Assembly (NCBI GenBank): GCA_032718475.1
Contig: JAUCBJ010007095.1
Location: 1 to 49,463 of the forward strand
DNA: 49,463 nt
Source of the DNA: Nemertoderma westbladi
Lineage: Eukaryota > Animalia > Xenacoelomorpha
Direction: 5' to 3'
The notes under the pieces are model-generated. The model was not told the DNA's origin. It saw only the letters and a program-made list of their open reading frames with translations, and did not search any database. Shown here piece after piece: positions 28,541-40,176 of the stretch; position 1 is the stretch's first letter, and every line of letters starts with the position of its first letter. A program made the position numbers and the translations under genes.

Positions 28541-30530
28541 AAAGATCACTGAAAGATCACAGATCACTGTGAGGGCTATACTGCCTTTACAGAAGCAGTT
28601 AAGTTAGCAGCTGCAGAAACAGTTCCTGTATACCCTCGAAACAGGAAAAGGGCCCCCTGGACTGACAACAAAATTCAGAAGTGCCGAAATGACCTTCATA
28701 AGGCGCAGAAAGAGTCCCGACTCAAACAGACTACAGCGGCCAAGAATGCAGTTAAGGCTGCATCTAGGTCCCTGAACAGGCAGTACTCTGCTAATCTACA
28801 GGAGCTAATAAACCAACAGGTTAATGCCATCAATGATGCTGACGACAGCAGGCAATCATCCCAGGCATGGAAATCGATCAATCTGCTTACTGGGCGGAAA
28901 AGCCAACCAACCACCAAGGTTAAGGCTGAATCACCAGCCGATCGCCTCAATGGTTGGAAAGCCCACTTTGAAAACCTCCTCAATAATGACAGGGTATTGC
29001 CTGATAACTTTATAGAAGTAAAAGTGTCTGAGTCTGTACTCCCAGATATTCCCATTGGCGATATCTCCTTTGCAGAAGTGAAGGCTGCTGCAAAGAGCAT
29101 TAAGACCAATCGTGCCAGTGGAGTAGATGGTGTTCCCCCTGAGGTCTTTAAAATACCTGAGTGTTTAAAGCTCATCTATCCCATCATAGTAGACATGTAC
29201 CGAACAACAAGAGTCCCACAAGAAATGAAAACAAATAAGTTGGTGCCAGTTCCCAAGAAGGGTAACCTAACACTCTATGGTTCTTTTCGGGGAATCTCAT
29301 TGATCTCGATTGCTGCAAAGCTATACAATAGGATTCTATTAAATCGCATCAGGGATCCCATTGAAAGACTGCTCCGTGGAAATCAGAATGGGTTCCGTAA
29401 AGGTCGTGGGACCATGGAGCCCATTTTGGCGCTTAGAAGGATAATTGAAGAGTTATCAAAAAAGAAAGACAGGCATCTGGCTGTTATCTTTGTTGGCTTC
29501 TTCAAGGCCTTTGATTCAGTCTCTCGCTCACGTATGTTCAGCATACTTTCATTATATGGGATTCCTGATGAAATTATTGCAGCAATCAGATCAGTATACG
29601 ATGGTTCGACAACATTTGTGTCTACTGTTGATGGTGACACAGAACCATTTGAAGTGTTATGGGGCGTCCTCCAAGGAGACACACTTGCACCATTCTTGTT
29701 CATTATTGTGGTTGACTATGTTCTACCCATGTCCTTAGATCATTATAATGATGATGGGGTGATGATAACTCCACCTACTGGCTCCAGAAGTCGAGGAAAT
29801 CCTGCCAAGTACCTAACTGATCTAGACTTTGCTGATGACTTAGGAGTACTCTCAGAATCATTAGAGGGAGCCCAACGGCTCCTCAGCTCATTAGAACATG
29901 CTGCTTCTAGTGTTGGTCTTTTTATTAACTCCAGAAAGACCAAAATTCTGACAGTTAACTTTGAAAGTTCTCAGCAAGTCTCTGATCGGATGAGCATAAG
30001 CTCTAAGGATGGTATGCTTGAGCATGTGGACGACTTCTGTTACCTGGGATCTTGGATCCGGAAGTCAGGTGAGGACCTTCGAATACGTAAGGGAAAGGCA
30101 TGGGCAGCCTTGAATAGGCTTTCCAGGTTTTGGAAGTCACCGAGAATTAATCGGAAACTTAAGGTCCGATTATTTAGAGCAGCAGTAGTTCCAGTACTCC
30201 TCTATGGGAATCCATGCTGGGCTCTAACTGCTGAGGACACCAAATCTCTGGATGGCACTTTCACAAGAATGCTACGCCGGGTTCATTGTGTCAAGTACAA
30301 TGCACACATCTCCAACCAGACACTATATAACATTGGAGGTGTCTCATTGGTTCCCCCAAGCTTGACACTAGAACAAAATCGTCTCCGCTTTGCAGGACAT
30401 TGCTTTCGCAGTGAGGACCAGCCAGTGCATAATCTTGTAAGTTGGCAGCCTCATGGAGTGAATAAGCATGGTGGACAGCCCATGACTTTCTTGAGACGCA
30501 TCTTAAAGGACACTGGCCTTAAAGATGCGG
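28541..30530 (+). mobile_element. 5'- and 3'-truncated non-LTR retrotransposon (RTE-like LINE)
   Basis: Open frame from ~28571 (no endonuclease domain) through the RT. AGATCAC is reiterated three times at the 5' junction; no 3' tail. Confidence 0.9.
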
Positions 30531-30565
30531 ATTATTCAATTATTCCAATGTTTCTTAAATCGTAA
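28571..30565 (+). pseudogene. LINE reverse transcriptase, truncated and probably inactive
   Basis: PVPKKG, RGISL, QNGFR, GVLQGDTLAPFLF, FADD and FCYLGS. The first catalytic Asp is replaced (FVGFFKAFD, GGC at 29495-29497). Confidence 0.88.
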
Positions 30566-30694
30566 GAATTGAGAGTGATTAAATCATCTTTATCACTAAT
30601 GGGGCTGACATCCTTGCTTAAGCCTTGACTATTCGGACATCCATTAATATAACTCTCCTCGCTTACATGTATATCATTAACTTCACTCAGCTGA

Positions 30695-31448
30695 CTTAAG
30701 AAACATTCAACCAATTGACTCTGCTGACTAACGGGACATTCGACCACTTGACTCTGCTGATTTCCAGAACATTCCACCACTTGAATCTGCTGACTAACGG
30801 GACATTCCACCACTTGACTCTGCTGATTTCCGGAACATTCCACCAATTGACTCTGCTGACTAACAGGACATTCAACCAATTGACTCTGCTGACTAACGGG
30901 ACATTCCACCACTTGACTCTGCTGATTTCCGGAACATTCCACCACTTGACTCTGCTGACTAACGGGACATTCAACCAATTGACTCTGCTGACTAACAGGA
31001 CATTCGACCACTTGACTCTGCTGACTAACGGGACATTCAACCAATTGACTCTGCTGACTAACGGGACATTCCACCACTTGACTCTGCTGATTTCCGGAAC
31101 ATTCCACCACTTGACTCTGCTGACTAACGGGACATTCAACCAATTGACTCTGCTGACTAACAGGACATTCGACCACTTGACTCTGCTGACTAACGGGACA
31201 TTCAACCAATTGACTCTGCTGACTAACAGGACATTCGACCACTTGACTCTGCTGACTAACGGGACATTCAACCAATTGACTCTGCTGACTAACGGGACAT
31301 TCCACCACTTGACTCTGCTGATTTCCGGAACATTCCACCACTTGACTCTGCTGACTAAGGGGACATTCAACCAATTGACTCTGCTGACTAACGGGACATT
31401 CGACCACTTGACTCTGCTGACTAACGGGACATTCAACCAATTGACTCT
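30695..31448. repeat. 33-bp minisatellite (CATTCAACCAATTGACTCTGCTGACTAACGGGA variants), about 22 units; minus-strand frame VECPVSQQSQ(L/V) may be a host exon
   Basis: Directly visible. The minus frame stays open into unique sequence up to the LINE junction; coding status unproven. Confidence 0.92.
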
Positions 31449-32511
31449 CTTTCGACTTTACTTTCTGGAATTTCGGAATTTCTGGAATTTATGTTATTAT
31501 CTGGACTACGAATTATTTTTCCCAATACCCAATTCCGTTTTATGACACTAGTTATAGAATCTTCGTTGTACATCACTTTAACTAAGTCTTTTGATCCTAA
31601 AAATGTTGCAAGGTAACAGTAACATAAGCCCCATTTTGCCTGGGAAAGTTTCACGGACCACTTTCACTGATAAAATTATACCGATAATGAATAGCAGGAT
31701 AAAAAACCAAAAATGGTACGATAATGTCCTAACCATATATTTTATTAATTTGCACCATTCCTTAAAATAATGCTAAAATTGAGACAAGGTTCCACCTAAC
31801 TTTTTTCAAATTGCGATAATGCTGTTAGTGCGAAATCTGAAAAAAACCACAGTAACCACAAATGTAAAACAATGAAGATATGCCTTAACTTAATACCTTA
31901 TGTTAACAAACTAATCGAATTATGTATTCCAGACTCCAACTGAATAGTATTGTGAACTTTATTATGTTAAAACTATAAATCCTAAAAAATCGAAAAATCG
32001 GACGTCCCAATTTAGCCAACTCCCCACCCACCCCCTGTACGAGGATGTTCGGATTTCGAAGACACCCCCCTCCCTCTGACACCTCGAATAATATCTACCA
32101 ATAGTTTATGATTTAGAAAGTTGCTCAGCTAAATAGGCTACTGTATTTTATTGTTTTCATAATCTAACCTTTTCCGTCTGCATAAGGATATTCGAGTATA
32201 GTCCCCTGGTAAGATTTCGCATCATTCCATTTCATTAAATGGCAATCTCCAACCTGGTAATTTTAATACAATGATAAAATATATTAGACTATAAATTATA
32301 GAAAAGGAAAGGGTTCTCAAAATTCGGTACCCAATAAAAAAGTAGGCGTGCTGAAAAACATTAATTTAATCGAATCTCTCTGTTCACCACACTTGTCCGT
32401 GTGTCCGTTACAGGTACCACAAAAGCGCATGGACAGATAAATAACAACCTCGTTCAAACATAGAGTCCATATAGTAGGTACCGGTAAGTAAGACTTTATT
32501 TATAAATATAG

Positions 32512-32722
32512 TTCGGCGATAATATAACGGTAAAAACCAAGTGCAAAATATATATCTGTCTGTATGTATATTAATAGGCCAGTACCGGTACTTCGGTCTG
32601 CCTAACTGTCTGCACCAGGTAAAAACAACCACCAAAGTCTGACAGTACTAACTGACTCTCTCATTCCGGTAGGTCCCCCTGATTCCCCTGTAATAGGCCC
32701 TACTATCGGCCATTACGCCATA
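32512..32722 (-). repeat. 3' LTR
   Basis: Direct repeat of 36770-36980, adjacent to the PPT. Confidence 0.95.
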
Positions 32723-32818
32723 TCTCCCCCAGTTTCTTGGAAACTAAACCATAATTAGACAGTCACCCGAACAAAAATTAACAATCAAAGAATAGTTTAA
32801 CAACAAATTAAAAATGTT

Positions 32819-35800
32819 TTAAGTGTCAAATCCGTATCGGTGTGGTGGCCTGCTTTGTCGACCTGACCGAGTTAGCGTTGCGGGCCCTGTCTCGCTAGTC
32901 CCCTCATCATTGTTCTGATCATCAGCGTCGTCGTTTCTGTAGTCGACAGTTACTTCACTTTCATCATCATCGTCCAAATCGTCATCGATTGCATCACTGT
33001 CATCATCGTCAGTTGTATCTGGAGGTTCGTCCTTGTCTTCAGTGTTGCATAGTGGTTGACTATATGGCACCTTTCGTACGTCCTTCAAATGTCTTCTGAT
33101 GTTATTAATGTACACGGCATGTTTGTCCATGGAATCTACACGCACTGGACCGTTCCATTTAGTAGTGCAGCGAACGTGTTGGGCTGGCTTGACAAATACC
33201 ATGTCTCCGACATGGATATTTGTTGGTATATGTTCCTCGCTTTCCTCTCTCACTTTCAGTGGTGTCACCCCTGGCCATTTGCGCGTCCGTTTTGCTAACC
33301 CTTCAAACAACTGGACTGCTGGACTCTTCTGCGCCCCCCTGCGACATGTCTGGTTATACCAGAAAGCGGCTATTTCAGGTGTCTTCCCGGTGCGCGCAGC
33401 CCACTTTTTTACAGTGCGGTGGACCCTTTCAACTAGATTGCCAGTTGGGCGGTAAGCGCAAACTGGAATGTGGTCAATCTCCCATAAGTTGAGTAAATCT
33501 TTAAACGTCTCGCTTCTAAAAGCTGGACCTTGATCCGATAATACTTCATCCGGTGGACCAAATTCAGTGAATACTTGTTGCATTTCTCTAACCACTGAGT
33601 AGGCTTGCATGTTCGGAACTCTTCGGAACATTGTATAATTAGTTGCGCAGTCTATTATACTTAGATAATGACGGTTTCCATATTCAGTGAAGTCCGTTGA
33701 AATTCTACGCCATGCCTCAGTTACTTTTGTCGTCCCAGGTTTCCATTGTATTGGGTTCGGATCTATGCTGTTGCATAGTGTGCATTCAATGCACACCTCA
33801 CGGATAATATGCCTGGGCACAGGTTCTTTTATAATTCGATCATTTTTGCACAACTCCATTGTCCTCTCGACTCTTTGATGTGCGATTGAATGTAGTTTCT
33901 TCACTCTACTCCGCAGAAGTTCTTCTTCCATCCCCACGGCCGCAACGGGTTTCTCTGCATCTTCATGGATACCATCCTTCTGTATTAACTTCAACCAAGG
34001 CTTCGGTATCCGGGTCAGTGGGTCAGCGATGTTCTTTTCTGTGGCAACTAACCGCGGAGTTACTTTTAGGTTGTATTGTTCTATGGTATTGGCCAATATA
34101 TCGAGTCTCCTGGCTATCAGTTTTCGAGACTGGCCCTTTGTTTTAATCCGATGGGAGTCGTTGATTACAGCATGGATCCAACTAAATGCAGTCGCCGAGT
34201 CTACGACCAAATCGAACTCTTTCAACCCCCAGTCAATTGCGAGGTTCACTCCTTCCACTGCGGCATCCAATTCCGTCACGTTGATATGGCTTGTATCTTT
34301 TAGTTTGCGGAGACACGCCATATCTTCTGCTATAACACCGCCCACTTTCAGAACGACTCCTTTAGCGATCGAACTTGAATCTGTCCACACTTCACCCTTG
34401 TCGGTTTTAGGAACCAGCCACTCCCCTGCCGCTGGGTCGTCCGTTTGGATTCGTGTTAAAGTCTCTTGCAGGCGCGCTTTCACTCCATCGCTCACTGGAA
34501 TGTCCCACCCTATTCCAGAGCTGCATCGCTGCAGCCAGGCGCACGCGGGACGCAACCAACCGGCGACCGGGTAGTGCCCCCTGAGTTTTCCACAAATCGC
34601 GTGTAGCTGTCGTCGCGTTAACACATTTGGTATATCGTCTGTGATTGGAGTGTCTCTGGTCCAGTGCAACTTGTTCCAATCCCCTTTATCCATCCGAATA
34701 CCCAGAACACGGCTGCCAGCCACGACTGGTTCTGCATCCTTCGTCAGTAAACCATATTTTAGCATGTGTTCCCGGACTGATTCCGTCGTCACGTTGTCAG
34801 TATCAACATAAATATCGTCTCTGAAATTATCACATGAATCCTTTATCCTATCATCTTGGGCCAGAGAGTGCTCTACAATCTTATCCATAATCTTTGGCGC
34901 GACTCCCAACCCAAAGCCCATTTTCGTTACTACATATCTAATCCCTTTATAGATGACTGTTTGATATGACTGGAGTGATTCTACAATCCCAACCTGCATG
35001 TAGGCCCATTTCAAGTCGATAACCGCGGTGTTATGACCCATTCGCCTCCATTTACGAAGTTTATCGCCACAGACTGCGGCTTCCAGCCCAGGGGAGTTTT
35101 CAATATGCTTGTTGAGTTCTCTATAGTCTAATATCGGCCTCACTCTATTCTTTTTGGGTTCAAACTTTCCCATTAATGGAATAGTTCCCTGTACTTTACC
35201 GTGAACTCTTACATCGTAAGGTACAATCCATCTCTTCTTTTTCCAATCTTCCATTGCTGTGTCGAACATTTCCTGATGTTCCTCCTTAATTTTATACTGG
35301 GAAACATTGTTATTAAGTTTGGGGCTTTGCCCGTTCTTCCATTTCCAATTCGCGACCCAGTGATCACCATCATATTCTGCTCGGAAGTCTGATTCTTCTA
35401 TGACTATTTTTCCACTGCCTGGCTTCGCTCCCGTGACTCGTACCCGAGCGCTGAACTCCTCAGAAGTCGGTGTGTTTATTTTCTCTGCTCTACCCCCAGC
35501 GCCAAATACCGCCTGGGCTAATGTTGGAGCCCCAACTCGTTTTATTAAGTCATGGCCCATAATCAAGCTTCCAGATTCCCCTAGAAGATTTTCGACGACT
35601 AAGAACGACCACTCAATATCGTGTTTCCTCCCGGCAATCTCGATCAGTGCTAAATGCACCGTCCCCACAACCCGGCTTTGCGTTTTTCCATCCAACATAG
35701 TAATCATAGTTTGCTGTCCACTCCGGTTTACGCAAATTTTGTTCCTTACGCACCAATCGATTGCCACTAAGCTTCGACTACATCCTGTGTCCACTATAAT

Positions 35801-35911
35801 CTCGGCACCGATACTTCCCTGTTTGCCCTTAACGTATATACTAACACTAGGTATTAATTTCGTGGGGAGACGCCCATGGGCTGCGACAACGTCGCCCTCT
35901 GGGAGTTTTCC
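32819..35911 (-). CDS. pol: Pol polyprotein (aspartic protease, RT, RNase H, integrase), reached by a -1 frameshift
   Basis: VDTGCS; DLKWAY...MGFGL...FRDD; WTDSS...HINVTELDA...VDS...NIADPLTR; H-H-CC; TDF...DQGPAF...VERVHRT. The frame is open back to the slippery GGAAAAC at 35905-35911. Confidence 0.93.
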   Translation of the reverse strand, partial: GKLPEGDVVAAHGRLPTKLIPSVSIYVKGKQGSIGAEIIVDTGCSRSLVAIDWCVRNKICVNRSGQQTMITMLDGKTQSRVVGTVHLALIEIAGRKHDIEWSFLVVENLLGESGSLIMGHDLIKRVGAPTLAQAVFGAGGRAEKINTPTSEEFSARVRVTGAKPGSGKIVIEESDFRAEYDGDHWVANWKWKNGQSPKLNNNVSQYKIKEEHQEMFDTAMEDWKKKRWIVPYDVRVHGKVQGTIPLMGKFEPKKNRVRPILDYRELNKHIENSPGLEAAVCGDKLRKWRRMGHNTAVIDLKWAYMQVGIVESLQSYQTVIYKGIRYVVTKMGFGLGVAPKIMDKIVEHSLAQDDRIKDSCDNFRDDIYVDTDNVTTESVREHMLKYGLLTKDAEPVVAGSRVLGIRMDKGDWNKLHWTRDTPITDDIPNVLTRRQLHAICGKLRGHYPVAGWLRPACAWLQRCSSGIGWDIPVSDGVKARLQETLTRIQTDDPAAGEWLVPKTDKGEVWTDSSSIAKGVVLKVGGVIAEDMACLRKLKDTSHINVTELDAAVEGVNLAIDWGLKEFDLVVDSATAFSWIHAVINDSHRIKTKGQSRKLIARRLDILANTIEQYNLKVTPRLVATEKNIADPLTRIPKPWLKLIQKDGIHEDAEKPVAAVGMEEELLRSRVKKLHSIAHQRVERTMELCKNDRIIKEPVPRHIIREVCIECTLCNSIDPNPIQWKPGTTKVTEAWRRISTDFTEYGNRHYLSIIDCATNYTMFRRVPNMQAYSVVREMQQVFTEFGPPDEVLSDQGPAFRSETFKDLLNLWEIDHIPVCAYRPTGNLVERVHRTVKKWAARTGKTPEIAAFWYNQTCRRGAQKSPAVQLFEGLAKRTRKWPGVTPLKVREESEEHIPTNIHVGDMVFVKPAQHVRCTTKWNGPVRVDSMDKHAVYINNIRRHLKDVRKVPYSQPLCNTEDKDEPPDTTDDDDSDAIDDDLDDDDESEVTVDYRNDDADDQNNDEGTSETGPATLTRSGRQSRPPHRYGFDT

Positions 35912-36716
35912 GACTGGTCAGAAAACCCCACAGCTCCGCCTTCTATTCTTCCACCTCTGCAACCTCGAGCAATATGGCCAATCTGGCCGCACTTGTAACA
36001 CGTCATACTGCTACCTTCCGACCCGGTTCTCGATCCTCCTTCCGACCCGGTTCTCGATCCTCCTCCGCCCCTTGAACTCTGACTCATACAGTCCCGTGCG
36101 AAGTGCCCCGTCTTCCTGCAACGGTAGCACTCGACCAACTGTTGTCCCGCCCTTCCTCCAGATTCGCGTCGGCTGGGCACCCGGGCTGCTCCGTACCGTT
36201 TCTCACCTGAACTTCTTTCAACCAGCATTCTTCGCGCCTGTTCCAGTAACTCCTCTACTCTAACCTTACCCGCCATGGCCTTCACTTCCATTCGTATGCA
36301 ATCCGGCAATCCGTTTGCGAACTGCACTGCCAGCAAATCCCTCGCACACTGACTTCCGGAATCTATAGTTACTAGCGACAGCAATCGGCGCAGATCTGCC
36401 AGGAAGGAATCGACGGGTTCATCGCCCAAAATTCTTGATTTGAACTTATCGAAAGCCGCATATGGGGTATCAGCAAATGCAGCGATAAGTTTGCTTTTTA
36501 TCGCCTCGTAATCTCCTTTCTCCGCTCCGATAACTGCGCAACAACGTCCTGAGCGGCCCCCTTCAACGACAGTCGAAGGTACGTTGCTCGGCTTCCTTCA
36601 TTGAGTTTCGCCTCTACCTTAAGGATGTCAAGTGTATCTTCAAATGTTGTGAGCCAAGCGCAGGGGTCCCCCGTCCCGTCATAGTTTCGCACATAGTCCG
36701 ATAATTTCGGAGCCAT
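35854..36716 (-). pseudogene. gag: Gag with two CCHC zinc knuckles, broken by a 1-bp frameshift near 36525
   Basis: ORF 36498..36716 joins the frame KGDYEAIKSKLIAAF...GDEPVDSFLADLRRL; knuckles CYRCRKTGHFARDC and CYKCGQIGHIARGC. Confidence 0.88.
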
Positions 36717-36769
36717 GGTAGTATACTATTATCAAATGTCAAATATCAAACAGATAGGCCCGGTTAGCT

Positions 36770-36980
36770 TTCGGCGATAATATAACGGTAAAAACCAAGT
36801 GCAAAATATATATCTGTCTGTATGTATATTAATAGGCCAGTACCGGTACTTCGGTCTGCCTAACTGTCTGCACCAGGTAAAAACAACCACCAAAGTCTGA
36901 CAGTACTAACTGACTCTCTCATTCCGGTAGGTCCCCCTGATTCCCCTGTAATAGGCCCTACTATCGGCCATTACGCCATA
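36770..36980 (-). repeat. 5' LTR
   Basis: Direct repeat of 32512-32722. Confidence 0.95.
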
Positions 36981-37015
36981 TATAGTATAAATAGTATGCT
37001 GTATAACTAAAAAAG

Positions 37016-38026
37016 GGATGTAGGACAATTCGGTCCCGGACAATTCGGTCCCGGACAATTCGGTCCGGACAATTCGGTCCCGGACAATTCGGTCCCGGAC
37101 AATTCGGTCCCAAAACACTAAATAAATGGGACCGAATTGTCCGGGACCGAATTGTCCTAGGACCGAATTGTCCTAGGACCGAATTGTCCGGGACCGAATT
37201 GTCCGGGACCGAATTGTCCGGGACCAAATTGTCCGGTTCCTGATAGCAACTTTTTAGTGCTTTTTTGATATTGGTGAATGTTCTAGAACATTAGTAGAGA
37301 TATTTGTTATGGTAGCTAGTGTTATTTACTTGCTAGAATTTTTTGAAATTTTAAAAATACTGTATTTTTTTTTATTTTTGTTATTGGTAGTGTTCGAGAA
37401 CATTATTATATATTATTTATTAAGGTGTAGCTAGTGTTTTTTTTTACTAGCTAGCATTTCCTTGAAATTATAAAAATACCTGTGAAAACAATGATATTTC
37501 AGAATTAGGCCTAAACTGTTGCTGATTATATTAATTACCAACAATATTGATGATATTACAACAGTCCCTGAATGAGATCCAGCTATTATCTAGGATAATA
37601 ATTTAGGCTTGTTACCAACCAACAACACAATACTGTACATTATACTTACGCAATATATTAAAAAAATCAGCTTTAAACATTTTAAATACATGCTATTACT
37701 AGCTAGTAAATAATTCACAAGCTCCATAAAAACACCATAGCTACCATAAATAATAATGTTAACAAAAAAAAGTAAATTTTTTTTATTTAAAAAAAATACT
37801 AGCTAGCAAAAAAAAACACTAGCTACCATATAATAATATATATTAAGGTTCTAGAACATTCACCATTATATAGTACAGTACCAATTAAATTTGGTCCCGG
37901 ACAATTCGGTCCCGGACAATTCGGTCCCGGTCAATTCGGTCCCGGACAATTCGGTCCCATTAATATGCATGTTTTGGGACCGAATTGTCCGGACCGAATT
38001 GTCCGGGACCGAATTGTCCTGCTTCC
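37016..38026. mobile_element. Non-autonomous Mutator/Foldback-like DNA transposon
   Basis: GG...CC termini, 9-bp TSD CTAAAAAAG (37007-37015 and 38027-38035), arrays of the 15-bp unit GGACAATTCGGTCCC in both orientations at each end, and inner AT-rich inverted repeats (e.g. 37273-37289 and 37848-37864). Confidence 0.88.
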
Positions 38027-40010
38027 CTAAAAAAGTCAGTACTTTATAGTAAGTAAGACTAATTAATAGTAGGTTTTATCTTTCCTTTTTACCGAAAACC
38101 TTATGCCACGAAAGGTATCGTTCTATTACATTAACTCGCTTGATATTTTTACCGAAAGGTACGGAAAATAAAGCGAACGTTTGTTTATTCTATTCAATTC
38201 ACTACGACATGATACAGGCTAAAATGGTAAAGGAACTGTTACAGTACTTGAAGAAACATACCTTTAAATTTATTTCCAATGGCTTCTTTCTCCGCTTCGA
38301 CATTGTTTTCGATAATTAGAACAGGTTCAGCGATGAAATACAGTCAATAGAAACAAATTGGTAAAACAAATATTTCACTGAAAATATTTAATTAAAACTC
38401 GCGGAGAACACAAGCTCTCTCTTACCGGCAATAATAAGGCACAGACGTGTCTGTCCCCTATTATATGATTAATAACGAACTTACAAATGCACAAAACTAA
38501 TATTCTCATTTTCCAAGAAATCGCACGGATGCTGCCATCCCATTTCCCCTGCTGTCCCCACTTCTACGTTAAAAACCTAACAAAGCTTAACACGCAGATT
38601 GAGTTTCCATGGGAACATTGTCTGATGCACCTGGAAAAGGCCAATTAAAAGTCCCCAGTTTGGGATGGGTAAGTTGGGTATCGTGGACTCGTACTGTAGG
38701 CCTACACAGTGGATACAATGCCGTACAGTAAATATGCCTACATACAATGCGCTACTCCTGCAATAGATGACGTTGAAACAATGTGCTTGCAATGACCCCT
38801 TATACGATGGATAACAGGCCCAACTACATAATTCTAAGCAACAAAAATTAAGTTTTAAAGGTATTAAAACAAATACATAGGTATTAAAATACCTGTGTTA
38901 TCAATTGCCATTTGGGGAACAGCGGTTTTATATTGATATATTAATTAAAGTATTCAGTATTCACACATAGGCCTATTGTATTATTTGTAGTTTCCTAGGA
39001 AAGGAGTCTAATTTATTTCTAACTTAATTCAAGATTAATAGTTAGGTTAGATAGATAATCCGAATCCGTCAAAAAAATACTTAAAGCGCGATAACGGGGT
39101 ACACCTAAAAATCAGTGTTTGGCTGCCGGAAGGCCTGATACAAAAATATTGAATATATCCAATATATGATGGTCACAATCCCCTGATTCGTATAAACTAT
39201 GAAATTCATTGGTATCAATGGACCAACAGGCCCTTTTATAGCCACACAAATTCAAATTTGGTTTATTTAGAAAAGTTAGCGATTCATTCCCCGAGTAGTA
39301 GGTGGGAGGTGCAATCCGAAAGTATAAACACTTGTTGTATAAAAATGGAACATAATATTTTGATGGAGACCGGAGTGACGATAATATGTCCCCATTTGGT
39401 TGGAGAAAAGTGGTTGACAGTGAAACGCTGTGTGACGTCAGAGATGTGTCCCCGTTTTGGATTACTGGGGCGAGATCGAATAAAAACGAAATCTACAAAT
39501 CGATACTATTGGAGGAAGTTAAGAGTAATAAAATTAAATGAAAAATGACATTAACTTTCGAAAAAAGTTATTTTTGTTGAAATATGAGCATGTCCCCAAT
39601 TTGGCTATCTCAGGCGGTTGTCCGCAATTCACACGTTTAGTACGTATGTGTGTGTGGGTGTGTGTGTGTGTCGGAAGCCATAAATGTCGGAAGCCATAAT
39701 CTAAATTTATATCTTCAGCTAAATTGTATGGTTGAATCGAATTATTTTGATTCTTCTATCGGTAATTAAATATTTAGGGGGGTAACATTTATCCCATCTG
39801 GTATAAAATTAACATGGGTAGATTCGCCGTGTCCCATTCTATCAAAGTCTTTACTTTATACTCGAGATTAATGTCAAGTTTTATAGTTATTTATTGATTT
39901 ACAATTAAAATTGCATTTTTATCAATTTATTCACACGCAGGCTCTAACTGCCTAATGACAGTTAATACGGAGTAATTCCTTCCCGTGTCTTAGCAACGCT
40001 GAGAATGTCC

Positions 40011-40176
40011 TGGCTTGTTAGAGGCAGACTGCTGCTGGTAGGATAGCATTAATTCCCTATCCATTCACTCACTCTCCATAGAACTGGCTGACGGTGGCTT
40101 GTTAGAGGCAGACTGCTGCTGGTAGGATAGCATTAATTCCCTATCCATTCACTCGCTCTCCATAGAACTGGCTGAC
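40011..40176. repeat. 84-bp tandem duplication
   Basis: TGGCTTGTTAGAGG...GAACTGGCTGAC occurs twice, with one internal mismatch. Confidence 0.9.

Larger units (their letters stand above)
32512..36980 (-). mobile_element. Compact full-length LTR retrotransposon (4,469 bp; gag, PR-RT-RH-IN), recent insertion
   Basis: Two apparently identical 211-bp LTRs, TATAG TSD (32507-32511 and 36981-36985), PPT GGGGGAGA (32723-32730), and gag and pol ORFs. Confidence 0.96.

Noticed and set aside
30695-31448. 33-bp periodic arrays (also 24442-25190) as CRISPR arrays
   Set aside because: Head-to-tail repeats without unique spacers, no cas genes, eukaryotic context.
33056-36263. Plus-strand ORFs antisense to pol/gag (and similar ones antisense to polB, the LINE and the Gypsy element)
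   Set aside because: Shadow ORFs of real coding frames, with no motifs.
36906-37227. ORFs with RDRIV / PDNSV / GPNCP repeats
   Set aside because: Translations of the 15-bp subterminal arrays of the DNA transposon.
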